Source: Candidatus Nomurabacteria bacterium | Lineage (GTDB): Bacteria > Patescibacteriota > Minisyncoccia > Phycocordibacterales > UBA9973 | Assembly (NCBI GenBank): GCA_037139835.1 | Contig: JBAXFQ010000002.1 | Coordinates: 10,659-74,658 of the forward strand | Length of the DNA: 64,000 nt | Reading direction: 5' to 3' | In this document: positions 17,017 to 26,138 of the stretch, one piece after another | Layout of the letters: every line of letters starts with the position of its first letter | Position numbering within the stretch: the first letter of the stretch is position 1 | Notes under the pieces: model-generated | Databases searched by the model: none | Told to the model about the DNA's origin: nothing | The model's input: the letters and a program-made list of their open reading frames with translations, nothing else | Made by a program: the position numbers and the translations under genes

Positions 17017-19389
17017 ATGGAAACAAAAAGAATAGAATTTTTTAATAAGTTGTCGTTTATCACATTACTAGCCACAATATTTCTCTCATTATTTTTCTTC
17101 ATACCTTATGTCCCTGTGACCCTTGAAGCAAGTAAGGGGTTCCTGCTTTCTATAGGAACTACACTTTCTGTCTTCTTCTGGCTGATAGCAAGACTTGGAG
17201 AAGGAAAATTTGTCTTTCCAAAAGATAGATTGATATTGGCTGCAGCTGTGATACCGCTAGTATTTTTGATATCCTCATTCTTTTCTTCTTCTATGTATGT
17301 CTCTTTGTTTGGTAATGGTTTTGAGATGGGGACATTTGGATCGATGCTCATATTGTTCATTCTCTTCTTTTTGTCGACTATGTATTTCAATACGGAGAAG
17401 CGTTTGTGGTACTTTTTTGGAGTTTTATTCTTGGGTGGTTTAATTCTTTCTGTATTTGAATTATTCAATATTTTCGTAGGATTCGATAGATTCTTTCCAG
17501 GATTTTTACAAGGTCTTTCATCTGGAAACCTTGTAGGTAGTTGGAACAATTTCGCATTAATTTTTGGACTTATTATATTGTTATCTCTATTTACTTTAGA
17601 TTTCTTGAAGTCAAAAGGGATTTTTCTTATCGTTCAATATTTCTTGTTGGTTACTGGTTTATTTTTCCTAATAATTATAAATATACCTTTAGTATGGCTT
17701 TTAGTAGGTGTATTTTCAATTATAATTTTCGTTTACAGTGTTTCTATTCAGCATGCTGGAGTTAGGGTAGTTCACGGAGGAGGAGAAGAAAAAAGATTCC
17801 CTTTCGCTTCACTTATTGTTGTTTTTGTCTGCTTAACGTTCTTACTTGGAAGTAATTCTTTGAATGTTTTGATTTCTAAATATGTAAATCTTTCTGCACC
17901 AGAAGTCAGACCTTCATTGTTGGCAACAGGACAAATCGCAGTTAAATCAATCAAGCACAATCCTTTCTTTGGAACTGGTCCTAATACTTTTTCAATAGCC
18001 TGGGCACAATGGCAACCAAAAGAAATTGCGAATACTATGTTCTGGAATTCTGATTTTACCAATGGATTTAGTACATTCTTCACATTTATCGTCACTACTG
18101 GTATTTTAGGTTTCCTTGCTTGGGTCGCATTCTTTTCTATTCTAGTAATCAGAGGTACTCAGTCTCTACGAGTTGCCCTTAAAGATCCTCTTTCAAATTA
18201 CTTTATTTTGTCGACGTTCATGATTTCACTTTATTGTTGGATAACCTTCATTATATATACACCAAATATATTAATGCTGATGTTAGCATTTGCTTCGAGT
18301 GGTATACTTATCGGTATCTTAGTATATAGACATGTAATACCAGTAAAAGAAATTTCATTCTTAAATGATCCTAGAAATAGTTTCTTTGCAATTCTTTCTT
18401 TAATGGTATTAATGATAGTTACTTTGTCAGTATCATATTTGTATGTAGAAAAGTTTACTTCAGTTATATACTTCTCAAAGGGATTAAATGTCAGTAGTAA
18501 TATGGATTCATTGGTTCATTCTGAGAAAATGCTTAATAATGCGATTTCTTTAGATAAGAATGATATTTACTATCGTACTTTGTCTCAGGTTTATGTAGCA
18601 GAGATAGGTCTTATGGTAAATGATGACAAAATATCACAAGATACTTTAAAATCAAATCTTCAGCAATTGATAAATTATGCTCAGAATTCAGCATCTTTAG
18701 CTGTCAGTCAAAATCCTAAGCAATATCTTAACTACTTCAATTTAGGGAATGTTTATGCCTCTTTAGTTCCTCTTTCTGTTGATGGAAGTTACGAAAGTGC
18801 AAATGTTTCTTATAATCACGCAAAGGATCTATCTCCAAATAATCCTTCTATAATTCTAGCTAAAGCACAATTAGAATTCTCAAAAAAGAATAATGATGCT
18901 GCTAGAAAATTAATACAACAATCTTTAGACCTTAAGTTAAATTATACAGATGCGTTATTCTTGTTAGCTCAGATTGAGACAAATGAAGGTAATCCTTCAG
19001 CTGCTATTAAACAAATGGAGAAAGCAGCACAATTGGCTCCAAATGATTCAAATATATTCTTTAGATTAGGTTTATTGCGTTACAATAATAACGATTATAC
19101 AAATGCAGTTGGTGCTTTTGAGCAGGCAGTTATGATAAATAATAATTATCTAGATGCTCATTATTTACTAGGATTAGCTTATCAAAAAGCAGGAAGAAAT
19201 TCAGATGCATTAATCCAATTTAAGATGTTAAATAAAGTTCTACCAGGTAACCCAGACATTAAAAAAGCGATAGACTCTATTTCAAGTGGAGCTAGTGATA
19301 CAGTTCCTGAGGTTGTTCCTTCAACAGGAACAGATGTTAGTAAAACAGCTTTAGAAAAAAATACTAAACTACCAACTCCAAAACAATAG
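17017..19389 (+). CDS. O-antigen ligase-like polytopic membrane protein with C-terminal TPR repeats
   Basis: About 12 TM segments followed by soluble TPR-like repeats (...YYLGLAYQKAGRNSDALIQF...); start placed at ATG 17017 (track shows an upstream GTG). Confidence 0.55.
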   Translation: METKRIEFFNKLSFITLLATIFLSLFFFIPYVPVTLEASKGFLLSIGTTLSVFFWLIARLGEGKFVFPKDRLILAAAVIPLVFLISSFFSSSMYVSLFGNGFEMGTFGSMLILFILFFLSTMYFNTEKRLWYFFGVLFLGGLILSVFELFNIFVGFDRFFPGFLQGLSSGNLVGSWNNFALIFGLIILLSLFTLDFLKSKGIFLIVQYFLLVTGLFFLIIINIPLVWLLVGVFSIIIFVYSVSIQHAGVRVVHGGGEEKRFPFASLIVVFVCLTFLLGSNSLNVLISKYVNLSAPEVRPSLLATGQIAVKSIKHNPFFGTGPNTFSIAWAQWQPKEIANTMFWNSDFTNGFSTFFTFIVTTGILGFLAWVAFFSILVIRGTQSLRVALKDPLSNYFILSTFMISLYCWITFIIYTPNILMLMLAFASSGILIGILVYRHVIPVKEISFLNDPRNSFFAILSLMVLMIVTLSVSYLYVEKFTSVIYFSKGLNVSSNMDSLVHSEKMLNNAISLDKNDIYYRTLSQVYVAEIGLMVNDDKISQDTLKSNLQQLINYAQNSASLAVSQNPKQYLNYFNLGNVYASLVPLSVDGSYESANVSYNHAKDLSPNNPSIILAKAQLEFSKKNNDAARKLIQQSLDLKLNYTDALFLLAQIETNEGNPSAAIKQMEKAAQLAPNDSNIFFRLGLLRYNNNDYTNAVGAFEQAVMINNNYLDAHYLLGLAYQKAGRNSDALIQFKMLNKVLPGNPDIKKAIDSISSGASDTVPEVVPSTGTDVSKTALEKNTKLPTPKQ

Positions 19390-19398
19390 AATTTAATA

Positions 19399-21084
19399 AT
19401 GCCAAAGAAGATTCTTACATTCTTTAATAGAGAATTTAACGGAATAAACGAAGCCGCCTTATTACTTGGCGGTTTCGCTTTTTTGTCTCAATTACTTGGT
19501 TTAATAAGAGATAGAATGCTGGCAAGTGCCATCGGTCCAGGAAGGGTTTTGGATATATACTATGCTGCTTTTCGAGTTCCAGATTTCCTTTATATATCTA
19601 TTGCGTCACTGGCTTCCGTTACTGTTCTTTTGCCATTTTTAATGGATAGAATAAAGAGAGATAATGATAATACAAGTGCTCGTCATTTTTTAAATAATGT
19701 ATTTAGTGCTTATATGGTTTTTATGGTAGTGATAAGTTTTTTGGTTGCAGTATTGATGCCATATCTAGCTCACTATATAGCACCTGGTTTTAATAATGCT
19801 GAGATTGCTTCTCTTGTCATGACTAGTCGTATAATGTTGCTTTCTCCTATATTTATAGGGTTATCAAATCTTATAGGTTCTGTCACTCAATTGTTCAGAA
19901 ATTTCTTTATATTTTCTCTCTCTCCAATTTTTTATAATATAGGTATTTTGACCGGTATCATTTATTTTTATCCTATTTTTGGAGTGTATGGTTTAGCTAT
20001 GGGGGTTATATTGGGAGCTATTATGCACCTCATGGTTCAAGTTCCTATTGTAGTAAAACATAAGCTTTTTCCTAAATTTATTCCAAAAATAAACTGGAAA
20101 GAAATCTTTCAAGTTATGAAGTTATCCTTGCCTAGAACTTTAGCTCTTTCTTGTAATAGCCTTGCTCTGCTGGTAATAATAGCTATGGCTTCTACTTTAA
20201 AAGCAGGATCTATATCGCTTTTTACTTTTTCATTTAACTTACAGTCTGTTCCAGTTGGTATTATCGGTATTTCTTATTCAGTCGCAGCTTTTCCAGTTCT
20301 CGCTCGGTCATTCTCTTTGAATGAGATGGATAAATTTGTCGGACACATCATAGGTGCAGCTAAACAAATTATTTTCTGGTCTTTGCCAATTATAGTTTTG
20401 ATTATAGTTTTGCGTGCCCAGATAGTCCGAGTTATTTTAGGTTCCGGTACTTTTTCATGGGCAGATACAAGATTGACCGCTGCTGCTAGTGCACTATTTA
20501 TAATCTCTCTAGTTACTCAGAGTTTAGTTTTATTGTTTGTCAGAGGATACTATGCCGCAGCTAAAACAAAAACACCTCTTGCTGTAAACATGCTATCTTC
20601 TTTTCTGGTCATTTTTTTCACTTATATTTTATTGTATGTTTTCAGATGTTATCCTCAAATCTTAAATGTATTAGAGTCTGTCTTAAGAGTAAGGGACGTA
20701 CCAGGTACTATAATGCTTGCTTTGCCTGTCGCTTATACATTGGGTTCTCTTGTTAATTTCTTTTTAATTTGGATTTTATTTAAAAAAGACTTTTTGATGA
20801 AAGGTCAGTCTATGCTTTATAAGACTTTCTATCAAAGTTTATTTGGTTCGGTTACTATGGGTCTTTTTGCTTATATTTCTTTAAATTTTCTAAGTAAAAT
20901 TTTTAATTTAGATACATTTTTAGGTGTCTTTTTACAGGGTTTTGTTTCTGGAATTATCGGAATATTCTTTGGTGTTCTTGTATTAATCTTATTTAAGAAT
21001 GAAGAGTTCATCAGTATAATTAGAACATTGAGTCATAAATTGTCTGATAAGAATATTACTGTTCCTGAGCAAGGAGAACTATAA
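19399..21084 (+). CDS. murJ: lipid II flippase MurJ (MviN)
   Basis: N-terminal LLGLIRDRMLASAIGPGRVLDIYYAAFRVPDFL typical of MurJ; 14-TM architecture. Confidence 0.85.
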   Translation: MPKKILTFFNREFNGINEAALLLGGFAFLSQLLGLIRDRMLASAIGPGRVLDIYYAAFRVPDFLYISIASLASVTVLLPFLMDRIKRDNDNTSARHFLNNVFSAYMVFMVVISFLVAVLMPYLAHYIAPGFNNAEIASLVMTSRIMLLSPIFIGLSNLIGSVTQLFRNFFIFSLSPIFYNIGILTGIIYFYPIFGVYGLAMGVILGAIMHLMVQVPIVVKHKLFPKFIPKINWKEIFQVMKLSLPRTLALSCNSLALLVIIAMASTLKAGSISLFTFSFNLQSVPVGIIGISYSVAAFPVLARSFSLNEMDKFVGHIIGAAKQIIFWSLPIIVLIIVLRAQIVRVILGSGTFSWADTRLTAAASALFIISLVTQSLVLLFVRGYYAAAKTKTPLAVNMLSSFLVIFFTYILLYVFRCYPQILNVLESVLRVRDVPGTIMLALPVAYTLGSLVNFFLIWILFKKDFLMKGQSMLYKTFYQSLFGSVTMGLFAYISLNFLSKIFNLDTFLGVFLQGFVSGIIGIFFGVLVLILFKNEEFISIIRTLSHKLSDKNITVPEQGEL

Positions 21085-21151
21085 TTTTTTATATTTAATA
21101 TAACCAAAATGCCTCCTTTGAAATTAAGGCTTTTTTTGTTAGTATAGACTC

Positions 21152-22975
21152 ATGGATATTAAATCTATAAGAAATTTCTCAATAATTGCACATATAGATC
21201 ACGGTAAAAGTACTCTGGCTGACCGTATGCTTGAAGTGACGGGTACTATAGAAAAACGAAAAATGAAGGATCAAGTTCTAGACTCAATGGAGCTTGAGAG
21301 AGAAAGAGGTATCACTATCAAAATGCAGCCTGTTCGAATGGAATATGCTTTAAATAATGAAAAGTATATTTTAAACCTGATTGATACACCTGGGCACATA
21401 GACTTCTCTTATGAGGTATCTCGTGCATTAAAAGCCGTAGAAGGCTCTATATTGCTCGTAGATGCGACTCAAGGTGTTCAGGCTCAGACACTTACAACTC
21501 TACAGATGGCTCGTGATTCAGGCCTTGTAATAATACCAGTTCTTTCTAAGGTAGATTCTCCTTTAGCTATGGTGGATGAAGTAAAAATGGAAGTAGCTGT
21601 ACTCTTAGATATTGACCCGGATTCGATACTTTTGGTTTCTGGGAAAACAGGTCAGGGTGTCTCTTTTTTGTTAGATGAAATAATTAAGAGAATTCCTTCT
21701 CCTAAAGAGCCATCCCTCGAGATTGCTAAAAATGATGGAGCTCGTGCTCTAGTTTTTGATTTCAAATATGATAATCATAGGGGAGTCATAGTTTATGTTC
21801 GAGTAGTTGAAGGAGAATTCAAAAAAGGTGAATCCTTATTATTCGCAGTATCTTCAGAGAAATTTATATGTTTAGAAGTTGGAACATTCTCACCAGAAGA
21901 AGAGCCTAAAGAGAAAATAGGAACAGGAGAGATTGGCTATATCGTTACAGGTATTAAGAAGCCCGGTATTGCTTCAGTGGGAGATACTATCACTTATACA
22001 AAGAAACCTGCACATGCTCTACCAGGATATATGAATCCAAAGCCAGTGGTTTGGGCTTCTGTTTATCCGGAAAGCCAGGATGATTTTCCAAACCTGAAAC
22101 AGGCTTTAAGTCGCCTAAGATTGTCCGATTCTTCATTTTCTTACGAAGAGGAGTCTTCTGGATCTCTCGGAAGAGGTTATAGATGTGGATTCTTGGGAAT
22201 GCTACACTTAGAGATAATAGCAGAGAGATTAAACAGAGAATTTGATCTAGAACTTATCGTTACTATGCCTTCTATAACCTATAAAGTAGAGCTAAGGAAT
22301 GGTAAATCAGAAACTATATATTCTCCACATCTTTTCCCAGATGATGGTAATGTTTTAAAAATTTTCGAACCATGGGTAAATGTAAAGATTATCACTCCTT
22401 CTCTTTACACTAGTTATTTGATGCCTTTCTTGTATGAACATGAGGCTACAATAAAAAGTACTGATAATTTTGGAGACAATAGATCTTCTATTGATTTAGA
22501 GATGCCATTACGAGAATTGATGCGCAACTTTTTTGATGATATGAAAAGTCTTACTTCGGGGTATGCATCTATATCATATGAGATAGGAGAGTACAAAGAG
22601 GCTGATGTAGTGCGTATGGATATAATAGTTGCCAACGAGGTCATGCCAGCTTTTTCTCGTGTAGTCTCCAGGAGAAGAGTTGAAGACGAAGCAAAGTATC
22701 AAGTTGAAAAATTACAAAAGATTATTCCAAGACAACAATTTGCTTTTAAGATTCAAGCTAAGGCACTAGGTAGGATCATCTCATCTGAAGCGGTTTCTGC
22801 TTTCCGAAAAGATGTTCTAATGCATGGAAGTAAAGTAGTTGGAGGAGGGGATGTGAGTCGTAAAAAGAAGTTACTCGAGAAACAAAAGAAAGGTAAAAAG
22901 AGAATGCAATCAAGTGCAAAAATAAACATCTCTCACGAGGTGTTCCTAAAGATGATGCGTAGTAGTAATGATTAA
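21152..22975 (+). CDS. lepA: elongation factor 4 (LepA)
   Basis: IRNFSIIAHIDHGKSTLADRML GTP-binding motif; ~600 aa; LepA-specific C-terminal region. Confidence 0.95.
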   Translation: MDIKSIRNFSIIAHIDHGKSTLADRMLEVTGTIEKRKMKDQVLDSMELERERGITIKMQPVRMEYALNNEKYILNLIDTPGHIDFSYEVSRALKAVEGSILLVDATQGVQAQTLTTLQMARDSGLVIIPVLSKVDSPLAMVDEVKMEVAVLLDIDPDSILLVSGKTGQGVSFLLDEIIKRIPSPKEPSLEIAKNDGARALVFDFKYDNHRGVIVYVRVVEGEFKKGESLLFAVSSEKFICLEVGTFSPEEEPKEKIGTGEIGYIVTGIKKPGIASVGDTITYTKKPAHALPGYMNPKPVVWASVYPESQDDFPNLKQALSRLRLSDSSFSYEEESSGSLGRGYRCGFLGMLHLEIIAERLNREFDLELIVTMPSITYKVELRNGKSETIYSPHLFPDDGNVLKIFEPWVNVKIITPSLYTSYLMPFLYEHEATIKSTDNFGDNRSSIDLEMPLRELMRNFFDDMKSLTSGYASISYEIGEYKEADVVRMDIIVANEVMPAFSRVVSRRRVEDEAKYQVEKLQKIIPRQQFAFKIQAKALGRIISSEAVSAFRKDVLMHGSKVVGGGDVSRKKKLLEKQKKGKKRMQSSAKINISHEVFLKMMRSSND

Positions 22976-23120
22976 TCTAAAGCTTTCTATTTAAATAAAA
23001 TAGGCATATAAAGCAATATCATACTAACGATGACTAGTATTGAGATTATAGCAAAAACTCTTTCTATTTTTTTCTTATTTTTTTGACCGAAAAACATGAT
23101 ATAATAATAGCACTAAATAT

Positions 23121-23499
23121 GGCCGAATTCAATAAGAAAAATAAGTATAATTTTTGGCACTCACCTTTGGTGTTGTTATTGCTTTTTTGTGTTTTAGTCT
23201 TATTTGCATATAATATGATTGGTCTATCTACAAAAGAAAGAGAGACAGCAAAGAAAAAGGATTTAATTTTATCAAATATTGAGACTCTTAGAACTAGGGA
23301 AAAAAGCCTCAATTCAGATATTGAGAAGCTGAAGACTGATGAAGGTGTTGAGGAAACAATTAGAGATAAATATCAGGTAGTAAGACCAGATGAGAAGATG
23401 GTTACTATTGTAGATGAAGAAAAAAATGAAGCACCAGCTGTCGAAGTGGAAAGTAAGCATGGTTTTTTTGAGTGGTTAAAGGATATGTTTAATAAATAA
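23121..23499 (+). CDS. septum formation initiator family protein (FtsB/DivIC-like)
   Basis: Single TM + coiled coil + C-terminal IRDKYQVVRPDEKMV resembling the FtsB/DivIC motif; start chosen at MAEFNKK (23121). Confidence 0.5.
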
Positions 23500-23503
23500 A
23501 AAA

Positions 23504-23574
23504 GCGGTCGTAGTTTAGTGGTAGAACTGGTGCTTCCCAAGCATCGGGTGCGGGTTCGATTCCCGCCGACCGCA
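23504..23574 (+). tRNA. tRNA-Gly (anticodon CCC), 71 nt, CCA not encoded
   Basis: Cloverleaf: acceptor GCGGTCG/CGACCGC, anticodon arm GGTGC-TTCCCAA-GCATC, T-arm GCGGG-TTCGATT-CCCGC, 4-nt variable loop. Confidence 0.85.
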
Positions 23575-23740
23575 CATACAAAAATATCTTATATAAGATA
23601 TTTTTGTATGTGCGGGAGAGCAAGAGAACTGCTTCTCTTGCGTGCGGAAATCGAAAGACTTTTCTGTAATTTGTTTACAAATTCAGAAAAGTACCTGGCT
23701 ATGTAATAGCCGATAAGCGTACTCGCGGTCCCGACCACAC
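23570..23740 (+). repeat. tRNA-Gly-associated downstream module: perfect 46-bp palindrome (23570-23615) overlapping the last 5 nt of the tRNA, GC hairpin, antisense T-arm copy, long hairpin, GTAA-loop hairpin, conserved box CGATAAGCGTACTCGCGGTC, acceptor-3'-end copy
   Basis: Arms CCGCACATACAAAAATATCTTAT / ATAAGATATTTTTGTATGTGCGG; GCGGAAATCGAAAG is the inverse complement of the T-arm; CCGACCACACA mimics the tRNA 3' end CCGACCGCACA; homologous to the module after tRNA-Arg. Confidence 0.7.
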
Positions 23741-23856
23741 ATTGACTTAAATCTAGTTTTATTGACTTGTAAATATTTCATGTCAAGATGTTGCTTATTT
23801 TTTTAATATGATATACTAAAAATAGTTTTGAATTATTAATTAATTAAAAAATATTT

Positions 23857-24096
23857 ATGAGTAAAGTAACAGTTTATAGCACACCTACATGTCATTTTTG
23901 TCATATGGCAAAAGATTTTTTTAAAGAGAAAAATGTAGAGTTTGTTGATTATAATGTTTCAACTGATCTAGAAAAAAGAAAAGAAATGATGGATAAAAGT
24001 GGTCAGATGGGAGTACCAGTTATAGTTATAGATGATAAGATAATTGTTGGTTTTAATAAACCTCAAATTGTTGAAAAGCTAGGTATTAAAGAGTAG
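23857..24096 (+). CDS. glutaredoxin-like protein (NrdH/Grx family)
   Basis: CxxC active site YSTPTCHFCHMAK; 79 aa thioredoxin fold. Confidence 0.75.
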   Translation: MSKVTVYSTPTCHFCHMAKDFFKEKNVEFVDYNVSTDLEKRKEMMDKSGQMGVPVIVIDDKIIVGFNKPQIVEKLGIKE

Positions 24097-24123
24097 TTTT
24101 TTGTAAGATAATAGGTTATTATA

Positions 24124-24150
24124 AAAGCACCTTCATTGGTGCTTTTATTT
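24124..24150 (+). terminator. rho-independent terminator AAAAGCACC-ttcatt-GGTGCTTTTATTTT
   Basis: Perfect 7-bp GC-containing stem plus T-tract, directly before tRNA-Arg. Confidence 0.7.
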
Positions 24151-24151
24151 T

Positions 24152-24223
24152 GCCCTCGTAGTTCAATGGATAGAACAGTCCCGTCCTAAGGGATAGATGT
24201 CAGTTCGATTCTGGCCGGGGGCA
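24152..24223 (+). tRNA. tRNA-Arg (anticodon CCU), 72 nt, CCA not encoded
   Basis: Acceptor GCCCTCG/CGGGGGC, D-arm GTTC-AATGGATA-GAAC, anticodon arm GTCCC-GTCCTAA-GGGAT, T-arm GTCAG-TTCGATT-CTGGC. Confidence 0.8.
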
Positions 24224-24440
24224 CACACTCAAAAATATCTTTTTAAAGATATTTTTGAGTGTGTGCCCCGAACAAGCAAACTTCTTTGCTTGTGTGCCAG
24301 AATCGAAGACCTTGAGCTTGGATTTTAAAATTATTATTTTAAAATACGCGAAAGGTGTACTGAACCTGTAAGGTTCGATAAGCGTAACCGTGGTCGGCCG
24401 GGGGCACCAATTATATACTCGCGGTCTGGCCGGGGGCACC
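24218..24440 (+). repeat. tRNA-Arg-associated downstream module: near-perfect palindrome (arms ~24218-24243 / 24246-24269) overlapping the tRNA 3' end, GC hairpin, antisense T-arm copy (GCCAGAATCGAA), GTAA-loop hairpin, box CGATAAGCGTAACCGTGGTC, two acceptor-3'-end copies (GGCCGGGGGCACC at ~24396-24408 and 24428-24440)
   Basis: Same architecture and shared boxes (AAAAATATCTT...AAGATATTTTT centre; GAATCGAAGAC; CGATAAGCGTA; TACTCGCGGTC) as the tRNA-Gly module. Confidence 0.7.
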
Positions 24441-24477
24441 TTTTATTTTTCATTTAAATATGATAAAGTATACCCAA

Positions 24478-24782
24478 TGGATGAAGATATAAAAAAGCTT
24501 TTAAGTGATGATTTGGCTGTAAATAAGGCTAATAATGAGATGCTTAAGAAGCTTGTTCTTTACCAGAAATGGAATCAGATTTATAAAATTGTTTATTGGT
24601 CTATTATAATTCTTTCAGTCTTAGGTGCATTTTATTTTGTTCAACCTTATTTAGGAAGTATATTTGGTATATACAATGGAGGAGTAGGTGCGACAGATAT
24701 AAATAAAATTAGTAATGTAAATAAAAGCTTAGGAGAGAAGAGTCAAATACAGAAATTAATAGATGCATATCAAGGAAATTAA
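24478..24782 (+). CDS. hypothetical small membrane protein (101 aa)
   Basis: Start placed at ATG 24478 (MDEDIKK...), downstream of the tRNA-associated repeats that the track ORF overlaps; one TM segment. Confidence 0.4.
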
Positions 24783-24788
24783 ATGTCT

Positions 24789-24861
24789 GCCTAGATAGCT
24801 CAGTTGGTAGAGCGCTCCCCTGAAGAGGGATAGGTCCCCAGTTCAAATCTGGGTCTAGGCA
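24789..24861 (+). tRNA. tRNA-Phe (anticodon GAA), 73 nt, CCA not encoded
   Basis: Acceptor GCCTAGA/TCTAGGC and T-arm CCCAG-TTCAAAT-CTGGG perfect; anticodon loop CTGAAGA (U33-GAA-G37); one C-T mismatch at the top of the anticodon stem. Confidence 0.7.
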
Positions 24862-24871
24862 CAAAAAATAA

Positions 24872-24900
24872 AAAACCCGCAATTGCGGGTTTTTTATTTA
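24872..24900. terminator. bidirectional terminator AAAACCCGC-aatt-GCGGGTTTTTTATTT
   Basis: Perfect GC stem plus T-run; serves tRNA-Phe (+) and the Hsp20 gene (-). Confidence 0.75.
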
Positions 24901-24904
24901 TTTT

Positions 24905-25405
24905 TTATATTGATTTAACTTTCAATTTTGTCTCTCTATTTTTATCTATCTTTGGAAGTTTTATTATTAGAAGACCGTGTTTTTCTATAGCTTCAGCTTC
25001 TTCTAAGTTCACTTCTTCAGGTAATGATATTGATCTTGAGAATGTTCCCCAGTAAAGTTCTTGAACAAAATAATTTTCTTTATCTATTGACTGATTCTCT
25101 TCTCTTTTTCCTTTTATTGAAATGGAATCTCTTGTTATGTTTATTGATAGGTTGTCTGGGTGTACACCTGCTATCATCGTCTGAACAATAATCTCATTTT
25201 CTGTTTGGTACACATCTAGACTTAATTCTGCTTCTTGTTCTTCTTCCCATTTAGACTCAGATTCTCCATCTGATAATCCTTCTATATCTCTACCTTGTAA
25301 ATTTAACTTATTTACTGTATTGACAGCTATGTCTGTAGCTTCCTCCTCGTCTTCTAATCTAATACTTCCTGTAAGGCGCTCTAAAAACGATCTCTTTTTA
25401 ATCAT
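24905..25405 (-). CDS. Hsp20/alpha-crystallin family small heat-shock protein
   Basis: C-terminal alpha-crystallin domain ...WGTFSRSISLPEEVNLEEAEAIEKHGLLIIKLPK. Confidence 0.85.
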   Translation of the reverse strand: MIKKRSFLERLTGSIRLEDEEEATDIAVNTVNKLNLQGRDIEGLSDGESESKWEEEQEAELSLDVYQTENEIIVQTMIAGVHPDNLSINITRDSISIKGKREENQSIDKENYFVQELYWGTFSRSISLPEEVNLEEAEAIEKHGLLIIKLPKIDKNRETKLKVKSI

Positions 25406-25412
25406 ATATAAT

Positions 25413-26123
25413 TTATGAGACAGGTTCTACTTGTCCCATACGTTTTAATTTCTCAAATATAAGTATATTAATAATCGCGACGACCCAAAGGAATCCAAAC
25501 ACAGAAAGAAAATTTTCACCGCTTCCTTTCATTATAAAAAAATTAAAGACACTATGCAAGACAATTGCAAAAGAAATTCCAATTATAAGATAGAATGTTC
25601 TGTTTTGTCTCAAATAAAAAGATAGACCAAGGGCACTACCGATCATCGAACTCGCTATAGCATGCAGTAGGGTAGAGCCAAGGAAACGAAGATTTCCAGT
25701 AAGCATACCAACTATTGTATTGTTTGCACTCATAGGCTTTATAAGATAGAGTACATTTTCAAAAGCAGCGAATCCTAATGCTGTCGCTATAAAATACATA
25801 GGGTAGTCTATAGGTTTTCTTATTATATTATTACCGAAAATAATGAATGAAACCCCTATCATTTTTAATACTTCTTCGATTCCTGCCCATACTATTATTT
25901 GAGTTGTATTGCCACTTATGAATCCCATCGTGAACTTTTCTAGCCACATCGCTATTAGTACTATTATTCCTCCTAATATGAAAGATATCACTATTAGACC
26001 TATCGGTTCTGGTTCATCTCTATCTTCTTCGTACATCCAAAACCATAACCACAAGATAGCAGGTAATGCTCCTCCTAATAATGCATAAATGATTGTTTTT
26101 GGATTATTGACTAGTTGATTCAT
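25413..26123 (-). CDS. PrsW-family intramembrane metalloprotease-like protein
   Basis: Polytopic; motifs AGIEEVLKMIG, GFAAFENVLYL and HSVFNF resemble the conserved PrsW EExxK / FxxxEN / HxxxN motifs. Confidence 0.5.
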   Translation of the reverse strand: MNQLVNNPKTIIYALLGGALPAILWLWFWMYEEDRDEPEPIGLIVISFILGGIIVLIAMWLEKFTMGFISGNTTQIIVWAGIEEVLKMIGVSFIIFGNNIIRKPIDYPMYFIATALGFAAFENVLYLIKPMSANNTIVGMLTGNLRFLGSTLLHAIASSMIGSALGLSFYLRQNRTFYLIIGISFAIVLHSVFNFFIMKGSGENFLSVFGFLWVVAIINILIFEKLKRMGQVEPVS

Positions 26124-26138
26124 TATATATATTTTTGT

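Noticed and set aside
15565-18095. ORFs 15565..15846(-), 16002..16196(-), 17106..17549(-), 17541..17765(+), 17772..18095(-)
   Set aside because: Embedded in or antisense to leuS and the O-antigen-ligase/TPR gene; shadow ORFs.
22414-23312. ORFs 22414..22644(-) and 23064..23312(-)
   Set aside because: Antisense within lepA and the FtsB-like gene.
23518-24439. ORFs 23518..23706(+) and 24200..24439(-), and the 5' part of ORF 24390..24782
   Set aside because: Overlap tRNA genes and the tRNA-associated palindromic modules; translation is Arg/Gly-rich from GC hairpins. The downstream gene was restarted at ATG 24478.
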